A stretch of 63,501 bases of DNA, filler included, from Phoronis australis (Eukaryota; Animalia; Phoronida), in the NCBI GenBank assembly GCA_002633005.1. It is 7 parts of 7 records of this genome, joined end to end, with 100 filler letters (N's around TTAATTAATTAA, not from the genome) between each part and the next. Parts side by side here need not be neighbours in the genome. Positions count along the whole stretch, not along the records: positions 11,086 to 42,155 come from NMRA01000088.1; 6 more parts are not named here. One strand, 5' to 3'. Below, one piece after another: positions 23,344 through 37,000 of this stretch (position 1 is its first letter; every line of letters starts with the position of its first letter). The notes beneath the pieces are model-generated. The model saw only the letters and a program-made list of their open reading frames with translations, was not told where the DNA came from and ran no database searches. The translations under genes were made by a program, and so were the position numbers.

Positions 23344-26300
23344 ATGGAGTCTGATGATGACGATATCGTGGCACTGGTTATAGACAACGGATCAGGGATA
23401 TTCAAGGCAGGATTCTCAGGAGACGATGCCCCAAGGGTGGTCTTTCCGTCAATTGTGGGACGACAGAGACACCAAGTGAGTTTTTTAATAAGATATTATT
23501 AAAACGATACAAATTCCAATTAATCTGCTCACTTAGAACATCAAACGCATGCCTTCGATTGAAAAACAACTCTACCCCTTAAGTATTTCCCTATACTACC
23601 CTTACATTATTACCTGAAACGGTTTCCGAACTAAGTTAATTGATTTTTCCGAATTATTCGTGTTTAACATTATAAAAATTAACTTTTGAACACACAAGAA
23701 GAAAGTAAAGATGATATCAACATAGTAAATTAAGCAAATAAATAATGTTAACAAACCAGAGGACTCGGTGACATATTATAATTTCCATACATTCCAGGTG
23801 TCACCCGTGGTCAGTGCTTGACATATGATGTCCACCACACCATCAGTCAATCTCATTTTACAATGAAAATATGGACCGACTGATCCCGAGAGCAATATCG
23901 CTCTGTCCTGAGGGAGAGCAATGTTGTTCCACCCCAGGTTCATGTAGCTTGATATGCCCAAAGCATTGGTCTACTTACATTTGTTTTATTATATGACCAC
24001 AAAATGTTTCTTTCCTCTGATTTTTTTCGTTTTTTATTAAATTGCCATTTTCTCCATGGTTTTTGTGTATTACTACCGTCTGCTCCTGTCATTTCCACAT
24101 TCAGCAGTTTATGGTTTCTGAAGCCTGTCATTGGTCAGTTTGTCTGTCATACAAGAGGTTTGAGTAATAAAACGATGGCAACAATACACCATCATGGAAG
24201 TCATTTCACTCAATCATAAGAAGTATCAAAGTTGTGAAATAATACATTCTACAAACTCAAGAGTCAGTTTTTGCTCAATCACAACTGTACAATCTCTGTT
24301 TAAGCAACTATTGGCCACAGTTGGAGACAAAGACAGTTGCATTGGCAATGAGGCACAGTTTAAACGCGACATCCTTACACTGAATTATCCTATGGAACAT
24401 GGAATTGTCACCAACTGGGATGACATGGAGAAAATCTGGCAACACGGCTATAACCAGCTGCGTGTCGCCCCTGAGGAGCACCCCGTCCTATTGACTGAGG
24501 CAACGCTAAACCCCATGGCTAACAGAGAGAAGACAACTCAAATTATGTTTGAAAAGTTCACCATTCCTGCCTTCTACCTGGCCATGCAGGCTGCATTGTC
24601 ATTGTATGCATCAGGGCGGACCACTGCAACCATGCTTGAATCCGGCGACGGTGTTTCGCACGTAGTACCTGTTTATGAAGGTACGCACCATTTTTTGTGT
24701 GTGACTAGTTTGGTAGTTCTGTTAGTGGGGGAATTTATGTATCTTGGGACCTAAGCCAGAGAATACCTTGGGTGATGCCTCAGTAATGCGGTATTACAGC
24801 AAGACTCCGCATCAGTTGGTTCCAACCGGACAAAGATTTTATCTGAGGCCAAATCCGATTTAGTTTAAGGGCCGAATGCATGAACTGGAGCAATCGTACC
24901 TCTGAACATTTTCCAAGTTAAGTAAAAATTTCGAATTCTGCATGCCTGACTTATGCGAGTTTTACTTACACTAAGTTATCTACGCTTACAAAATAACTCC
25001 TTCTTCATTTAAAATCCTTATACTATCTAAGTGTTCAGCGTCTGATATATGTAAAAATTTCTGTAAAACCGTCAGTAACATGTTAACTGTAGGTAATAGA
25101 AAAACAGTCCGGGTTGTCAGAAAGGAATTGTGTTACGATGCATTGGACAGTGAAGAGAGCACCAATTACATTTTCAGTATCTAACAGTATAGTTGTAGGA
25201 TATCACAACCTATTCCAATGACTAGTGTGGAATAATGACTGGAAAAGCTCCACAAACCAATATTAATATGTATTTCTTGTCTCCAGGCTATGTCTCATTC
25301 CATGCCATTAATAGAATAGATCTGGGAGGAAGAGACATCACCTGTCACTTGATGAACATTCTGAATGAGCGAGGTTATACGTTCTCTACAACAGGTAAAC
25401 AGTTAACTGTTGCCTGACATGACAACTGCATCCTTTCTTTAATAGCAACAACAGAAATTGTAGTGTAATTGTATGTAATTGTTATTACAAACTGGGATAG
25501 ACTTCTTCACGTGATTAGCAAAAAGCTATGAATTTTAAAAACCTATCGTCGTTATCTGCCAGATATTTGCTGAAATCAAGGCCAACGATTTCACCAAATA
25601 AATTCTCTTAAAGTATTCTGATATTTAGGGAGTGCCATTTAGCTTCGCCATCAGAGTGTTAGCCTGCAATCACAGGGATTAGAACTTGGATTCCATGCTA
25701 AGACTGATCTCAGGAAACCATGTTTCTCATTCATAATGACCATACTTACGAACACAAACTCACCAGCATGCATCGCCTCTACCAACAAAGTAACCCACTT
25801 ACTTATCAATACTTTGTGCAAAACCCAGTGTATTTCTACTTGCAAATGTAACACTGCAGGAGAAAGAGACATAGTCCGGGGCATCAAAGAGGAACTGTGC
25901 TACGTTGCACTGGACTTTGAGCAGGAGATGACTATATCCGTTAGCTCGTCAACTGTCGAAAAAAGCTATGAGCTACCAGATGGCCAAGTCGTAACTATTG
26001 GTAACGAGAGATTCAGAGCACCAGAAGCATTATTCCAGCCTTCCTTTGCCGGTGAGTGTATCTTTGGAATGGTATGTATATACTCCTCCTTTGCCAAAAC
26101 AGAAAGTCTAGTGTCTAAACCAATAGGCAACTGTCTAGAACTCTAAAATGTAGAGAAAAATTCAGAGAGAGAGCTATCATCAACACACATGAACAAACAA
26201 ACTCCTTAGCTTACTTTTCGCACCAATGCATAACTTAACATACACCATTTAACAGAGTGACCTGATTATTGCATAATTTAGGTATGGATGGCCATGGTAT

Positions 26301-27422
26301 TCATGAGATGGTGTATGACTCCATTATGAAGTGCGACATTGACTGTCGAAAGGACCTGTTCTATAAAATCATTCTGTCAGGAGGCAACACTATGTATCCA
26401 GGTGAGAGATATATTTCAGAGATGTGATGTGTTGGTTACGTACCACTATTATTTCTAAATATGTAACATGTGAATACATTCACATATTTGTTGAAATTAT
26501 ATCTTCAGTTTAAATTTCATTGCTGACCATGGGTCTGTTTTCATGTGACGGCTGATTAGGACTTATAAATGACAACATAACCACAAACTTTGACCGCATG
26601 TTTTTAGGGGCCATTGGGAGGTGCTGCAGTAGTCGAATCTGTCGAAAATCAAATGGTGGTGGTGAATTGTCATCATATACCTATGTGTCAACTTTCATTG
26701 AAATCCGTCAATCGGTTGCCTAGATATCATCCAGAAACGCTCTTCCCAAAAATGGACTGTAGGAGGCACTGCAGTGGTCAAATCTGCCAGAAAATCAAAT
26801 GCTGCCGGTGCTTTGTCATCATATTCCTCGGTATTTTAAGTTTCACTAAAATCTTTCTACTGATTTTCTAGATATCCGGAAACGGTTTTCTGCCGAACAA
26901 CACTTGAAAAGTCCATTGTCCAGAACAAAATAGCTACTAGATGTTTCAGTGGTCGAATCGGTAACCAAAAATTTAATGGTGCTAAGGCCTTGATATCACA
27001 TACCTCTGTGTCCAGTTTCAAAACGAATGTTTCAAACCACGGATTTAGATCTTTCAGTCATCCATAATTCAAAAATATATACTTTAATTATGGATTGAAA
27101 ATGTACAATTAAAAAGTTGTATGATGAGATGGGAAAGAATTTAACGAAGATTGCCAGTTGTCTTAATGGTCAGAACAATTAAGTGTTCATCAGCATACAT
27201 ATCACTTGTATTGCAGGCATAGCTAACCGCATGCACAGAGAGATTTTGTCCTTGATTCCGAGTACTATGAAAATGCAGGTCAATGCACCCCCTGAGCGCA
27301 GATGCTCTGCGTGGATTGGTGGATCCATCCTGTCATCTCTGACTAGCTTCTCACAGATGTGGATCAGTAAACAGGAGTATGATGAGAGTGGACCCTGCAT
27401 TGTGCACAGGAAGTGTTTCTGA
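23344..27422 (+). CDS. Divergent actin (copy B), 6 coding exons, 377 aa
   Basis: Exons 23344-23475, 24305-24680, 25287-25394, 25860-26051, 26282-26401 and 27217-27422 total 1134 nt, open, with the same exon sizes as copy A. Confidence 0.95.
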
Positions 27423-28089
27423 TTGGACCATTTGAGCACTGGAAGAGCACCTGATTGGCAAACTTGAATGTGGGAAATGCTGCCACACAGTTTGATTGAC
27501 TGAGGTGATCCCTTGAAGGGACTGATTAGAAAGCTTTAAAACAGGAAGCGCTTTTGATTGGCAGATTTTAGAATAAAAATCTGTGACGTTTCACATATTA
27601 CTTAAAAATCACCATTTACCATTTGGACAAATTTGAAAATTATCATAAGGACTGACAATAAACACAATGGCACAAAGTATTTCCCATTGGTGGATACAAG
27701 GTCAGAAATTCGTTTGATTTTGACATACTTGAACACAAGTCAACTCTCCGAGATGAAGGGACCATCGGTTTAAGCCGTGGTTGTTGGTAACCATCGATAC
27801 CAAGATGATGCAAGGCAAAATAAGACTAACGATTATTGGCCGGAATGGAAATCCGCTGCATTGATCGGTAGCTTGTATGGATTCAGGCATTACCGACCAC
27901 CATTTCAAAGACATGGGTTACTAAATAAAAGTTTGAGTGGAGTGGACTAAAAAGAGAGCACAAAAACTGATTGGTTAATTCCAAACAGATAATGTCTCAG
28001 ATGGGTAAATATTTCTGGTCACTTCCACAACAGGAAGTGTATCCGATTGGCTGATCTCGGCAGACAAGTATGCAAGTTATTCCACATAC

Positions 28090-31000
28090 CTTCTAGAGCC
28101 CAAATTTGCTTCTGACAGCCGGCGAACAGTCTGCGACTAGAGACATCTGGTAGATCATCTAAGAAGTATGCGACTACAGGCTTTTTCTTAAATTGATCCA
28201 GCACCTAAAACAAGAAGCACAGAAATGAGTCAAAATTTAGACCAAAATTTAGATGCTAGTGAAAGTTTCTAAGCATAACCTGACAATGACATCTGTTTGA
28301 TATGTTTATTTTTCTCACATCCAGTTCTTAAGCTTTAAAATTAGAGAATGGTTGAGCAACTGTAAGTGAGACTTGGGCTATGAATTGATAGAGGATGCAA
28401 TGTAACACACAGCAAGTTAGAGTGGTTTGGAGAATTCTACACAGCAGTTTTCTCAGTTAAAAAGATTTTAATTGAATATGTTACATGCTTTAATGTATGA
28501 AGAGCTGATGTTTGGGTTTGAACAAATAAGGAAGTATAAAAGGTGAACAAAAACTTTCCACATCGAAAATAAAAAAATCAAAGCAAAACTTTTTTTCAAT
28601 AAAATCACTGAATTTGGTTCCAATGCCATATTTTTACAAAATGTTCAGATTAGAAGATTACACGTCCCACATTTTCACACACAACTGCAAAAGGTGAACG
28701 AGGTGCGAAGGTTTGACGACCTGTTGGTCAGCAGAACAACACTTACGGAAGGTTTAACAACACTAGGTGTCTGTTGTTGCATCATGGCTGCGTGGCCGTT
28801 GCGGGGGCTGGTGACACCAAGTGTTCCGCTGCCCCCTCTTTGTCCATCTCTGAACACAAGTGATGAATCGCCATCTGTAAAGTATAAATCAAAGCTCTCA
28901 ACTAGAGTGACTATTATGTTGGGACACATTATGTAATTCACTTGACCTTTTAGTGGAAAGCGAAAATCGATGCGTGCAGAGCCCCGAGCTTAGAATTGTG
29001 GGATACGAGTCCTATAATCAATAATCAAGGAACTGTCACAAAGATGATCGCCTGCTCGGTAATTGGGCAGACAGTTGATATTGGATAGATGCTACCTGTT
29101 TTCTCTTATCGATGATAAACTTGTGAGTACTCGAAATACTAATCAGTGATCTCTACAGAGTGTAAATCTACATCATTCTGATGGCGGTGCCGCTATCCCA
29201 CAATCCTTTGCACATATGACGTTTGTCATTATCTATGAAACGGTCAGTGTCTAGTCTTTTGATCATGAGTTAATCAGAAGCAATCGTTCATTTGCTCAAG
29301 TATTAAGTGAAGTCGACACTTCCAATTTCCAGAACAGAATTCATCGGAGGTATATTTTGGTGTATTCTACCATCTCAAACTTGTTTTGTCTTAGGGCTGT
29401 TCCAGTAAAATCTGTGTGGGAGGGGGGGGGGACGGCAGTAGAAACAAAAATTCATGGGTGGTGGTCTTCAGAAAAAAACTCAAATTATGGGTGGTCGATC
29501 CCCTAAGAAGTGATGCATTAAAAATGGGTGGTATTTTTTGACCTGTTAATGTTGACAGGTTGGTTACTTCTGCTGTCCAAACTCAAAAAAAATGCAATTT
29601 ATTGGCATATATCCTAACTTATCCCAATACAAAAAAGCCCATATTGCCAGTGAACAGAGTGCAATATGTTCACTAAGCCATCAATCAAGTCATGGGCAAC
29701 TTGATTTGAGTCAAATGTTTGTCTGCAGTCCTATTGAATTGAAAAGTTATGCAACACTAAACTGGTGTTAACACAAATAAGAAAATTGATGATTTTTAAA
29801 TAAAAAGTATGAGGAGTTAGATAAACAAGTTCCAATATTCACTTGACACAGAAGTAGAAAAGAGTTCGTGGAGACAGTTTGAGATTCATAGATCCTTATA
29901 ATTGAAAAAATGTTCGTTGAAATAATAGGCACATGGTGAACAGAGACACCTGGTGGCTGCCAAAAGTATTGCTCACAGGCTACTTTAGTTTTTGACAATA
30001 TTGGACAAGACAACTAGTTCTTATCTGTCAATCATCTAAGTTCTTAACAGGTCCTCCTGGAGGCGATTTGTTTGCAAGTGTTGGATTTTATGTTTCAACC
30101 CATTAAAAATAATTAAAAAATTATGGGTCATGGGTTGGAGAAATAAATGAAAAATATGGGCAGTGGGTACGAAATAAAAGTGCCTTCCCCCCCTCCCATA
30201 CAGATTTTGCTGGAACAGCCCTTAGTTTGAAGTCGCAGATTTTGAGCCTCCGAAAGTGCGTGGAGTCCCTCTTTAAAAGATTCTGTCCATAACATTTCTG
30301 TGTGCAACATTTACTGGATCCGCTTTATAAAATTCAATTTTTGTTTCAGTTTTTTAATAAAAGGCAAAACGAGAATCAAACAGTATTCCTCCCCAAAACT
30401 TACATGTAGAGGTTGTTAGAGATGAAATACTTTCCTGGTTGAACGACGTGTAGTTAAACAAGTCTTCTTGAGATGGGTGAAGCTTTCCTTGAAAACAAAA
30501 AGTTCAGTGAAGGCGGTGGGTTTAACATGACAACACGTATCACTTACCTTTATAAAGTTATGCAGGACCTTATCGATAAGTCTGTGAAATCAGCTAAATA
30601 TAATACGAGAAAATATCTACAAAACCATTGAATTTACCTCTGCAAAAATATATATTTGCTGAAAGAGGAAAGCCTGTAGAATTTGATTTTTGACTTGATA
30701 ACAATCTTTCATTGACTGGGTCACATGACCATATCTTTGTAGTAAAATTTTGCAAAAAAGGTGCATTGATACCATGACAGCAGCATCAATAGCCAGATGT
30801 AAGTTTTCTAAATTATTATTTCCTTATTTCTACACAACTTTTAATTTTTTTAAAAAAATCACACTAGCCCCTGGATCATTGTAAAAACAATTCCTAACAG
30901 GAATTTGGAGAACAATCCATAAAAGCTTGTCATAGCATTTGAAAGTCTCATTTGAATATGATCAGCCATTAATGAGATGTAATGTTCCAAGTGAAATTTG

Positions 31001-34000
31001 GAAATTTTGTAAGGGTTCTTCATAACTGTAGAGCAGAATCCACCATCTGGTGCCGAACACACTAACTTTTCATTAAGATCACTTACGCAATAAAATTTGT
31101 CTGATCTTGTTCCTTACTCAGGTGAGGAATGAATTTAGGACTCACGGAACAAGTGACAGTTTGGTAGTATTGGAGACCATGCTGACACATATAATAACTC
31201 ATCATGACAAGCCTGGGGTCTGTTCCAAGGAACTGACTAAGTTCATTTTTGCCTAAAGTCTAAGATTTGTCTCAACTTCAAAACTTTGAAACTTTCACGA
31301 AAGACAATGGTTCAGAATTATAAAACTTGTGGTCTCAACATGGTTCATTTAGTTTCCTTTATCAAAGCTCTTAAAGTAACATGGTTAAAAAAGATTACAA
31401 ATGGACAGAATAATCCGGCCTGGATATATATTTTGCGCAATTCAATTTAATTTGACATTGAAAAGATGTTCAATGGAGGAAACTATTTTTTTAAATGGTA
31501 GCCAATCCACAGGGAATCCTTTTTGGAAGGATGTGTTTCTTTCAACATTTGAATTTTGTTTGATATTAAACGAGGTCAAAGCAGATGACAAGATATTGTT
31601 CCTTCCTATATGGCATAACACAAAGGTTCAGATTGGAGGAAAACCAATATTTTAGCAAACTTGGAATAAAAAGGGTGTGATATTCTTAGGTGATTTATTT
31701 GACGAAAACGGAAATTTCTTGTCATACAACAGTTTTGCAGACAAATTTGATTTTAAAACTTTTTACACTTTATTGCGGACTGAAAAATTGCTTGAAATTA
31801 ACTTTCAAAAGTATGCCGTTTTCAAGTGCAAAAGTGTCTCGACCAGTTATCCCAAAACTCTGGCAAATGTTGGAGAAAAATTTGAAAGGTACTCGTGATA
31901 TATATAACATTTTTCTGACAACTTTGTTTCAAAAACCAAAAGGATTGGAAAAATGGGGAAATACTTTTAGTTTTGAAAGACCAATGACCGAATGTTTTCA
32001 AACTTCTGTTTTTTGTACTTCAAATGTTAGACTCAGATGGTTTCAAATGAGAACTTTTCATAGAATTTTAGCAAGGAACAACTTTTTGATGCGATTTCGT
32101 ATTTCTCCAACTGACCGATGTACCTTTTGTAGGAATGAACCTGAAAGTCTAGAACATTTATTTTGGGGTTGCACGCCTTTTTGGCAAAGAATAGCTGAAT
32201 ATCATATTCACGCAAAAAGGTCGATATATCGATAGATTTTCAGACTGTTATATTTCGTAAAATTGGAAAAGCAAACAATGAATTATTGAATCTTATTCTT
32301 TTGGTCAAAAAGCATATATACTGTAGAGCCTCCATCTATAACACTTTTCAAAAAAGAGTTAGAAATTTATTTCACATTCAAAGAATATAATTATTGTAAA
32401 AATGGATGAGACATATTTCTCCAAAGATGGTCTGGTTTTTTCCTCTTTAAAAAGAAACTACAGATGAGAAAATTACATTTGGTGTTTTTAAATTGTGAAA
32501 TAGAGTTCTCGGTGAAATGTGTGTATGTGTGTGTGTGTGTTTTGTGTGTTTGTGTGTGATGTGTCATTGGAGATTTCTGTCCTTGTACTGTACAATACTG
32601 TATTATTAATATTGCAATAAATGTTTAAAACTCTTGAAAAAAAATAAGTCAAGAAAGATGAGATGTACTCTTTGTATTCGAAATTTGAACTCAAATCACT
32701 TTTTTGCATGTTCCGTTCTACTTTTGTACGAACTCCAGATAAGTGTCAATTATTCTGTACTGAAGTACATTACAATTTATAGTGATGAGTTTCTAGTACA
32801 AGTTTGTGCTTGACGACCCCTCGACTTTGTTGCTCAAATTTTAGGGTCATCAAGTGCGAACTCATTGGCATTAATCAAGCATGAAATAACAGACACTAAT
32901 CTCGAGTTTGCACAAAAGTTAAACTGAAAATGTGAAAAAATAATTTTGAATTCAATTTAGAGTACAAAGATTACATCATGACACCATATTTATAACGAAA
33001 CATGTTCTTAATTAAAGTTATTTTTTACCAAAATCAGGTTTATCGGTGCTTCACCCAATCTCTACAAGTTGTGAGCATTCCAATGTGGAGATGTTTGAGG
33101 CTTTTTATTCGAACTAGAGTACACGGAAAAAGTAAAAGGGCAAGATATGGTTCCTGGCCATGGCCACCAATTCCATTAAATATAATGAAAATGACTCAGG
33201 GCGGCAAAATCCCAAGTATAGATCAACGTAATAAACTTAATGCCGATTCTGTGAAAATTCCTTGTCTCTCAGGGACACGACGAACGGTTAGCAAGACAAC
33301 GAATTCCACTTGTGCTCATGACTAGGAGTTTCAGTTCATTTTATCTGATAACTTTTGGCGCGTACTGTACAAACTGACATTTAACCTTTTATCTATATCA
33401 CCACCTCCCATAGTATTGTTGAGACCCTAGAGTTTAGACTTGAAACGTCAGATCGTAACACCTACACCAAAACTCCAGGTTACACTGCTTTACCGCAAGA
33501 ATCAATCTTGCTCGCATTACGGAACAAATTACTTAACCAAAAAATGTAAAGGTTCTGCACAAAGCAAAATAATCATAACAGACTCGAACAAACAATCTAA
33601 ACTGGACCATTGACCTTTTTGCAAGAGATTGTGGAAGAGTGCACAGTTGACGGAATGCATCACGGGCCTGAAGAGGGATGTCCCGTAAAGCTCCACTCCG
33701 TGTAAGCAGTAGTTATCGGCTGCCAGTTATGTACATGCCTGTATTTAGGCCCATGTGCCTCTACGCGAATCTGCACCTGTATCTAGAATTAGGTGCCTAC
33801 ACCCAAAAACTGTGGATCAAACTTCTAGAATATTATGATAGCGCAACTTGACTTGTCCGTTACAAAATCATAGACCTTTACTTACTATTTAAATGAAAAG
33901 TATTATGAATTTACAAAAAACTCACACACTCCCATTGTAAAACAAGCACACACCAGCAATAAATAGCCGAGTGCATCTACAAATGAAGATTAGACGTACA

Positions 34001-37000
34001 CAGCTACATGGGAAGCACTTAGTGCAAAAGATTTCCAACTGCATCATTTCATATATAGGCGCATGTCCATGTACGGAAACAAGGTCAATCCTGTGTTACT
34101 GTCATTGCCAGGCAATACTACCGCAAAGTCTGTTACACTTACTTCTTGACGTTATTGGCGGCGTGACGCGGTCACTATTGCCTTGTCGCACAGGTACCTT
34201 CGAGTTCCTGTTGACAGTCATGACATCTGTTGTCAGCGACTCGATACAGCGTAGGCACTCGGTGACCACTCGGTTCCAATTGTGTGGGTGACCCCCTGTA
34301 GAGACAACAAGAGCAGTGTAGGTGTTTGCTCCGGTGTTCAACAGGGGAAGACTGAACGTCCGTCAGTGCCGTTTTGTTAAAGATTTCGTACAATTTCCTT
34401 TAATAATTCTTTGCAACTAAGACGGCCAAAGAGCGCCATCAACACTGGTGAACAATGTATGTCTATGTTAAACACACAACTTCATCAACACAATTCAGTT
34501 GGATATGTACAATTCTAGCAAAGCGATCGTTGTATTGGATTTACGAAATTCCTTACAAGTTCTATGCTTTTGTATAGAATTATCTGATGATAAATCATAT
34601 CAACCCTATGCATAAAGTAATACCACAACACACAATTTACAAACTTACTCTGAGCAATTCATCATCAAAAAAGCAGTTTTCCTGTACCACTGGGTCATAA
34701 AAATTGCCTCTTCAAAAAGTGACCCGAGTACCAAACAATGTATGGTAGAATCTAATTTTTGACAAAAATTCAAATAATTGACAAAAATACCTTTTATTTT
34801 TCAGAGGCTTCTAACATTGTTGTGAATGTCCATAATTTTTCAAAACTTTGACTGGTGGTGGCGCTGTACAGAACTTGAACACGGAAAATCATTTAATTTG
34901 GTCTTACGTATGTTTTGTGAAAAAACGATGAGATAAAAATTTCAGTTGTCGACTATATTGAGCCCTAAAACGGCGAGATGTTACCGGAGTAGTTACATGG
35001 AGGGCTCAGGGTTAATTTTTTGACTTGGTACATTCAAGCCTCCTCCAGAAGAAAATTGAATACCAACCAACAAAATACTCACCTGGAAGGCTAAGGGTAA
35101 ATAGTTGTTTTCTTCGTTTGGGAGAAAATCGAGAAAGCAGGCACAAGTCTTGATACCCAAGGTGCTGTAGATATAGATGTCATTGAACAAATAAATATCA
35201 TAGGAATAGTGATTTTTTAAGGATGGTACGAAATATTTACTTCTGCTTCTGGGCACACAACATGTTACTAATGAGGGCCAACTTATCAAGAGACTTGGGC
35301 AACAATAGAATGTCAGTCTTCCAAAGCCAAACTCCATTTCTAAACAGTGTAGGAAACAAAATGAAGTCAATTTTACAGTGGAAAGTCGTCTAATTAAAAA
35401 ATTAGCGTATCCAGGATTACCGTTGGCCTAAGCAGAAGATGACATCACTCACGCTCCCCCCGGTTGCCGAAAATTTTAATTTTGTGATGCCCACCCCGTC
35501 AGTGTCGCGTTCTCCTGGGGTGTCCCCCCCACCGTTCTTGTCCTTACAATGCTACTGCTGACATCCAAAATCACTGAAGGTGATATAAACATTGAGAACA
35601 TTACCTGTACTAAAATGTGAGAGTCACAAGCCAGGGCCTGATGGAGGCAGTAGGACTGATCTCCTACAACAGCACTCTCTATTGGCAGCTGATAGGACTA
35701 AAATGTAAGGACACAGAATTCATAAGATATATGTGTTACAATCAAAATTCTTATATGAGTTTTCAAAATATGTTTCTGACTTGGGTGTTGCAAAAATTTT
35801 TTAACCAAAGAAAAAATAATGGGAGAATTCTTGACACGATATTTTAGGAAAGTCCTGCAAGTTGAAAATGCAAGATGATTTCAAAAATACAGCCATGGAA
35901 TTTTGCTAGGAAGTAAACTGTTTTGTTGTTGGAATTCAAAAACTTTGAGCACTGGAAGTCAAAATCTACCGGTGTTATGAAAATAAAGACCAATTTCGTG
36001 AAATTTGTTTAAACTATGGCTGTTATGATATTATCATCAGCACTAGAATTTAACACACAAGATGGTGTAGTTGTTATCCACCATATTGTTTCCACGAAGT
36101 ATGGTCCTGTGATCGATGCACAAAACAGTCCCAGATAGGGACTCCACTATGTTCCCTAAATTTTCCACGTATTTGCCCAAACACCTTTTGTCCTTTCCTC
36201 CGCTATTTTATCACCATAGTAACTTCAATTTTTAGCTTTGATAAATATAGAGAGTAAACTTTTCATTGAATTCTTAGTAACATTAAAAATAAATAGCAAC
36301 ACAAGTCCCTAATTTAAGGAACAAATCTCTATATTTTCATTGAAATAAAGGCCCAGCTTTCAAATAAAATATTAGAAAGTGTCACGAGTAAAAGAGAAGA
36401 AATAGAAAAATGTAACATTAGCCATTAAATAAAATCCACAAATCCGCAGGTTCAAGACTTAAGTAACATAGTGGAATCCCTATTTTTGGACTGTTTCATG
36501 CAATGAGACATTGCGTATTACGTTTGAGTAGGGTAATACATACCTCGGTGATAAAGACGGCAAACAGCAGTCTTGATAGCGACCAGAGGAAGTGAGTGAA
36601 TATAGCAGTGATGAAACATTGCCACAACAGCGAGAGGTCAATGAGGCCGAAGAATGACGACAGCGAGGTTTCAGGGCTGAGAAAAGAATATGATTGGCCA
36701 CAGGTCAGTTTAGCAACACTGGTCACTTGCGGGCACTGTCACCAAAAGTTGATTTTTTAGTCCCTAGGAGGCAACAAATATTTGTTCTTTGGCTTCAAGA
36801 TGTAGAGACTTTATGACTTGTCTTAGCCTGATTTCGTGAAACATGGTAGCCCATCCCCAGACTCAATTTTAGCCAATAGACTCTCCGAGAAACAGCTCTC
36901 TGGTTGCTTACGTACTTTTCTTGCCATAATTCAATGTTCTGATTAAGCAATCCAATCATGGAAGCCATTAACTGAAGTCACACGATTTGCTCTCAAAGTC

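Larger units (their letters stand above)
11086..27575 (+). repeat. Tandem segmental duplication (unit about 9.3-9.4 kb) carrying an actin gene and its upstream region
   Basis: 11089-11295 matches 20518-20725, 12204-12450 matches 21193-21443, the ATG offset is 9320 bp, and introns and 3' flanks are similar to about 19070 / 27575. Confidence 0.9.

Noticed and set aside
14024-27422. Actin copies as pseudogenes or allelic assembly duplicates
   Set aside because: Both frames and all splice sites are intact, about 18% of residues differ, and they carry different intronic insertions on one contiguous contig.
27702-27914. Candidate NDC1 terminal exon (ATDQCSGF...)
   Set aside because: Phase-compatible, but the acceptor is poor and there is no resemblance to the conserved NDC1 C-terminus.
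31146-31181. Possible 36-nt NDC1 cassette exon (CAG...GTGAGT on the minus strand)
   Set aside because: In phase, but the polypyrimidine tract is weak and there is no homology support. The flanking exons join in frame without it.
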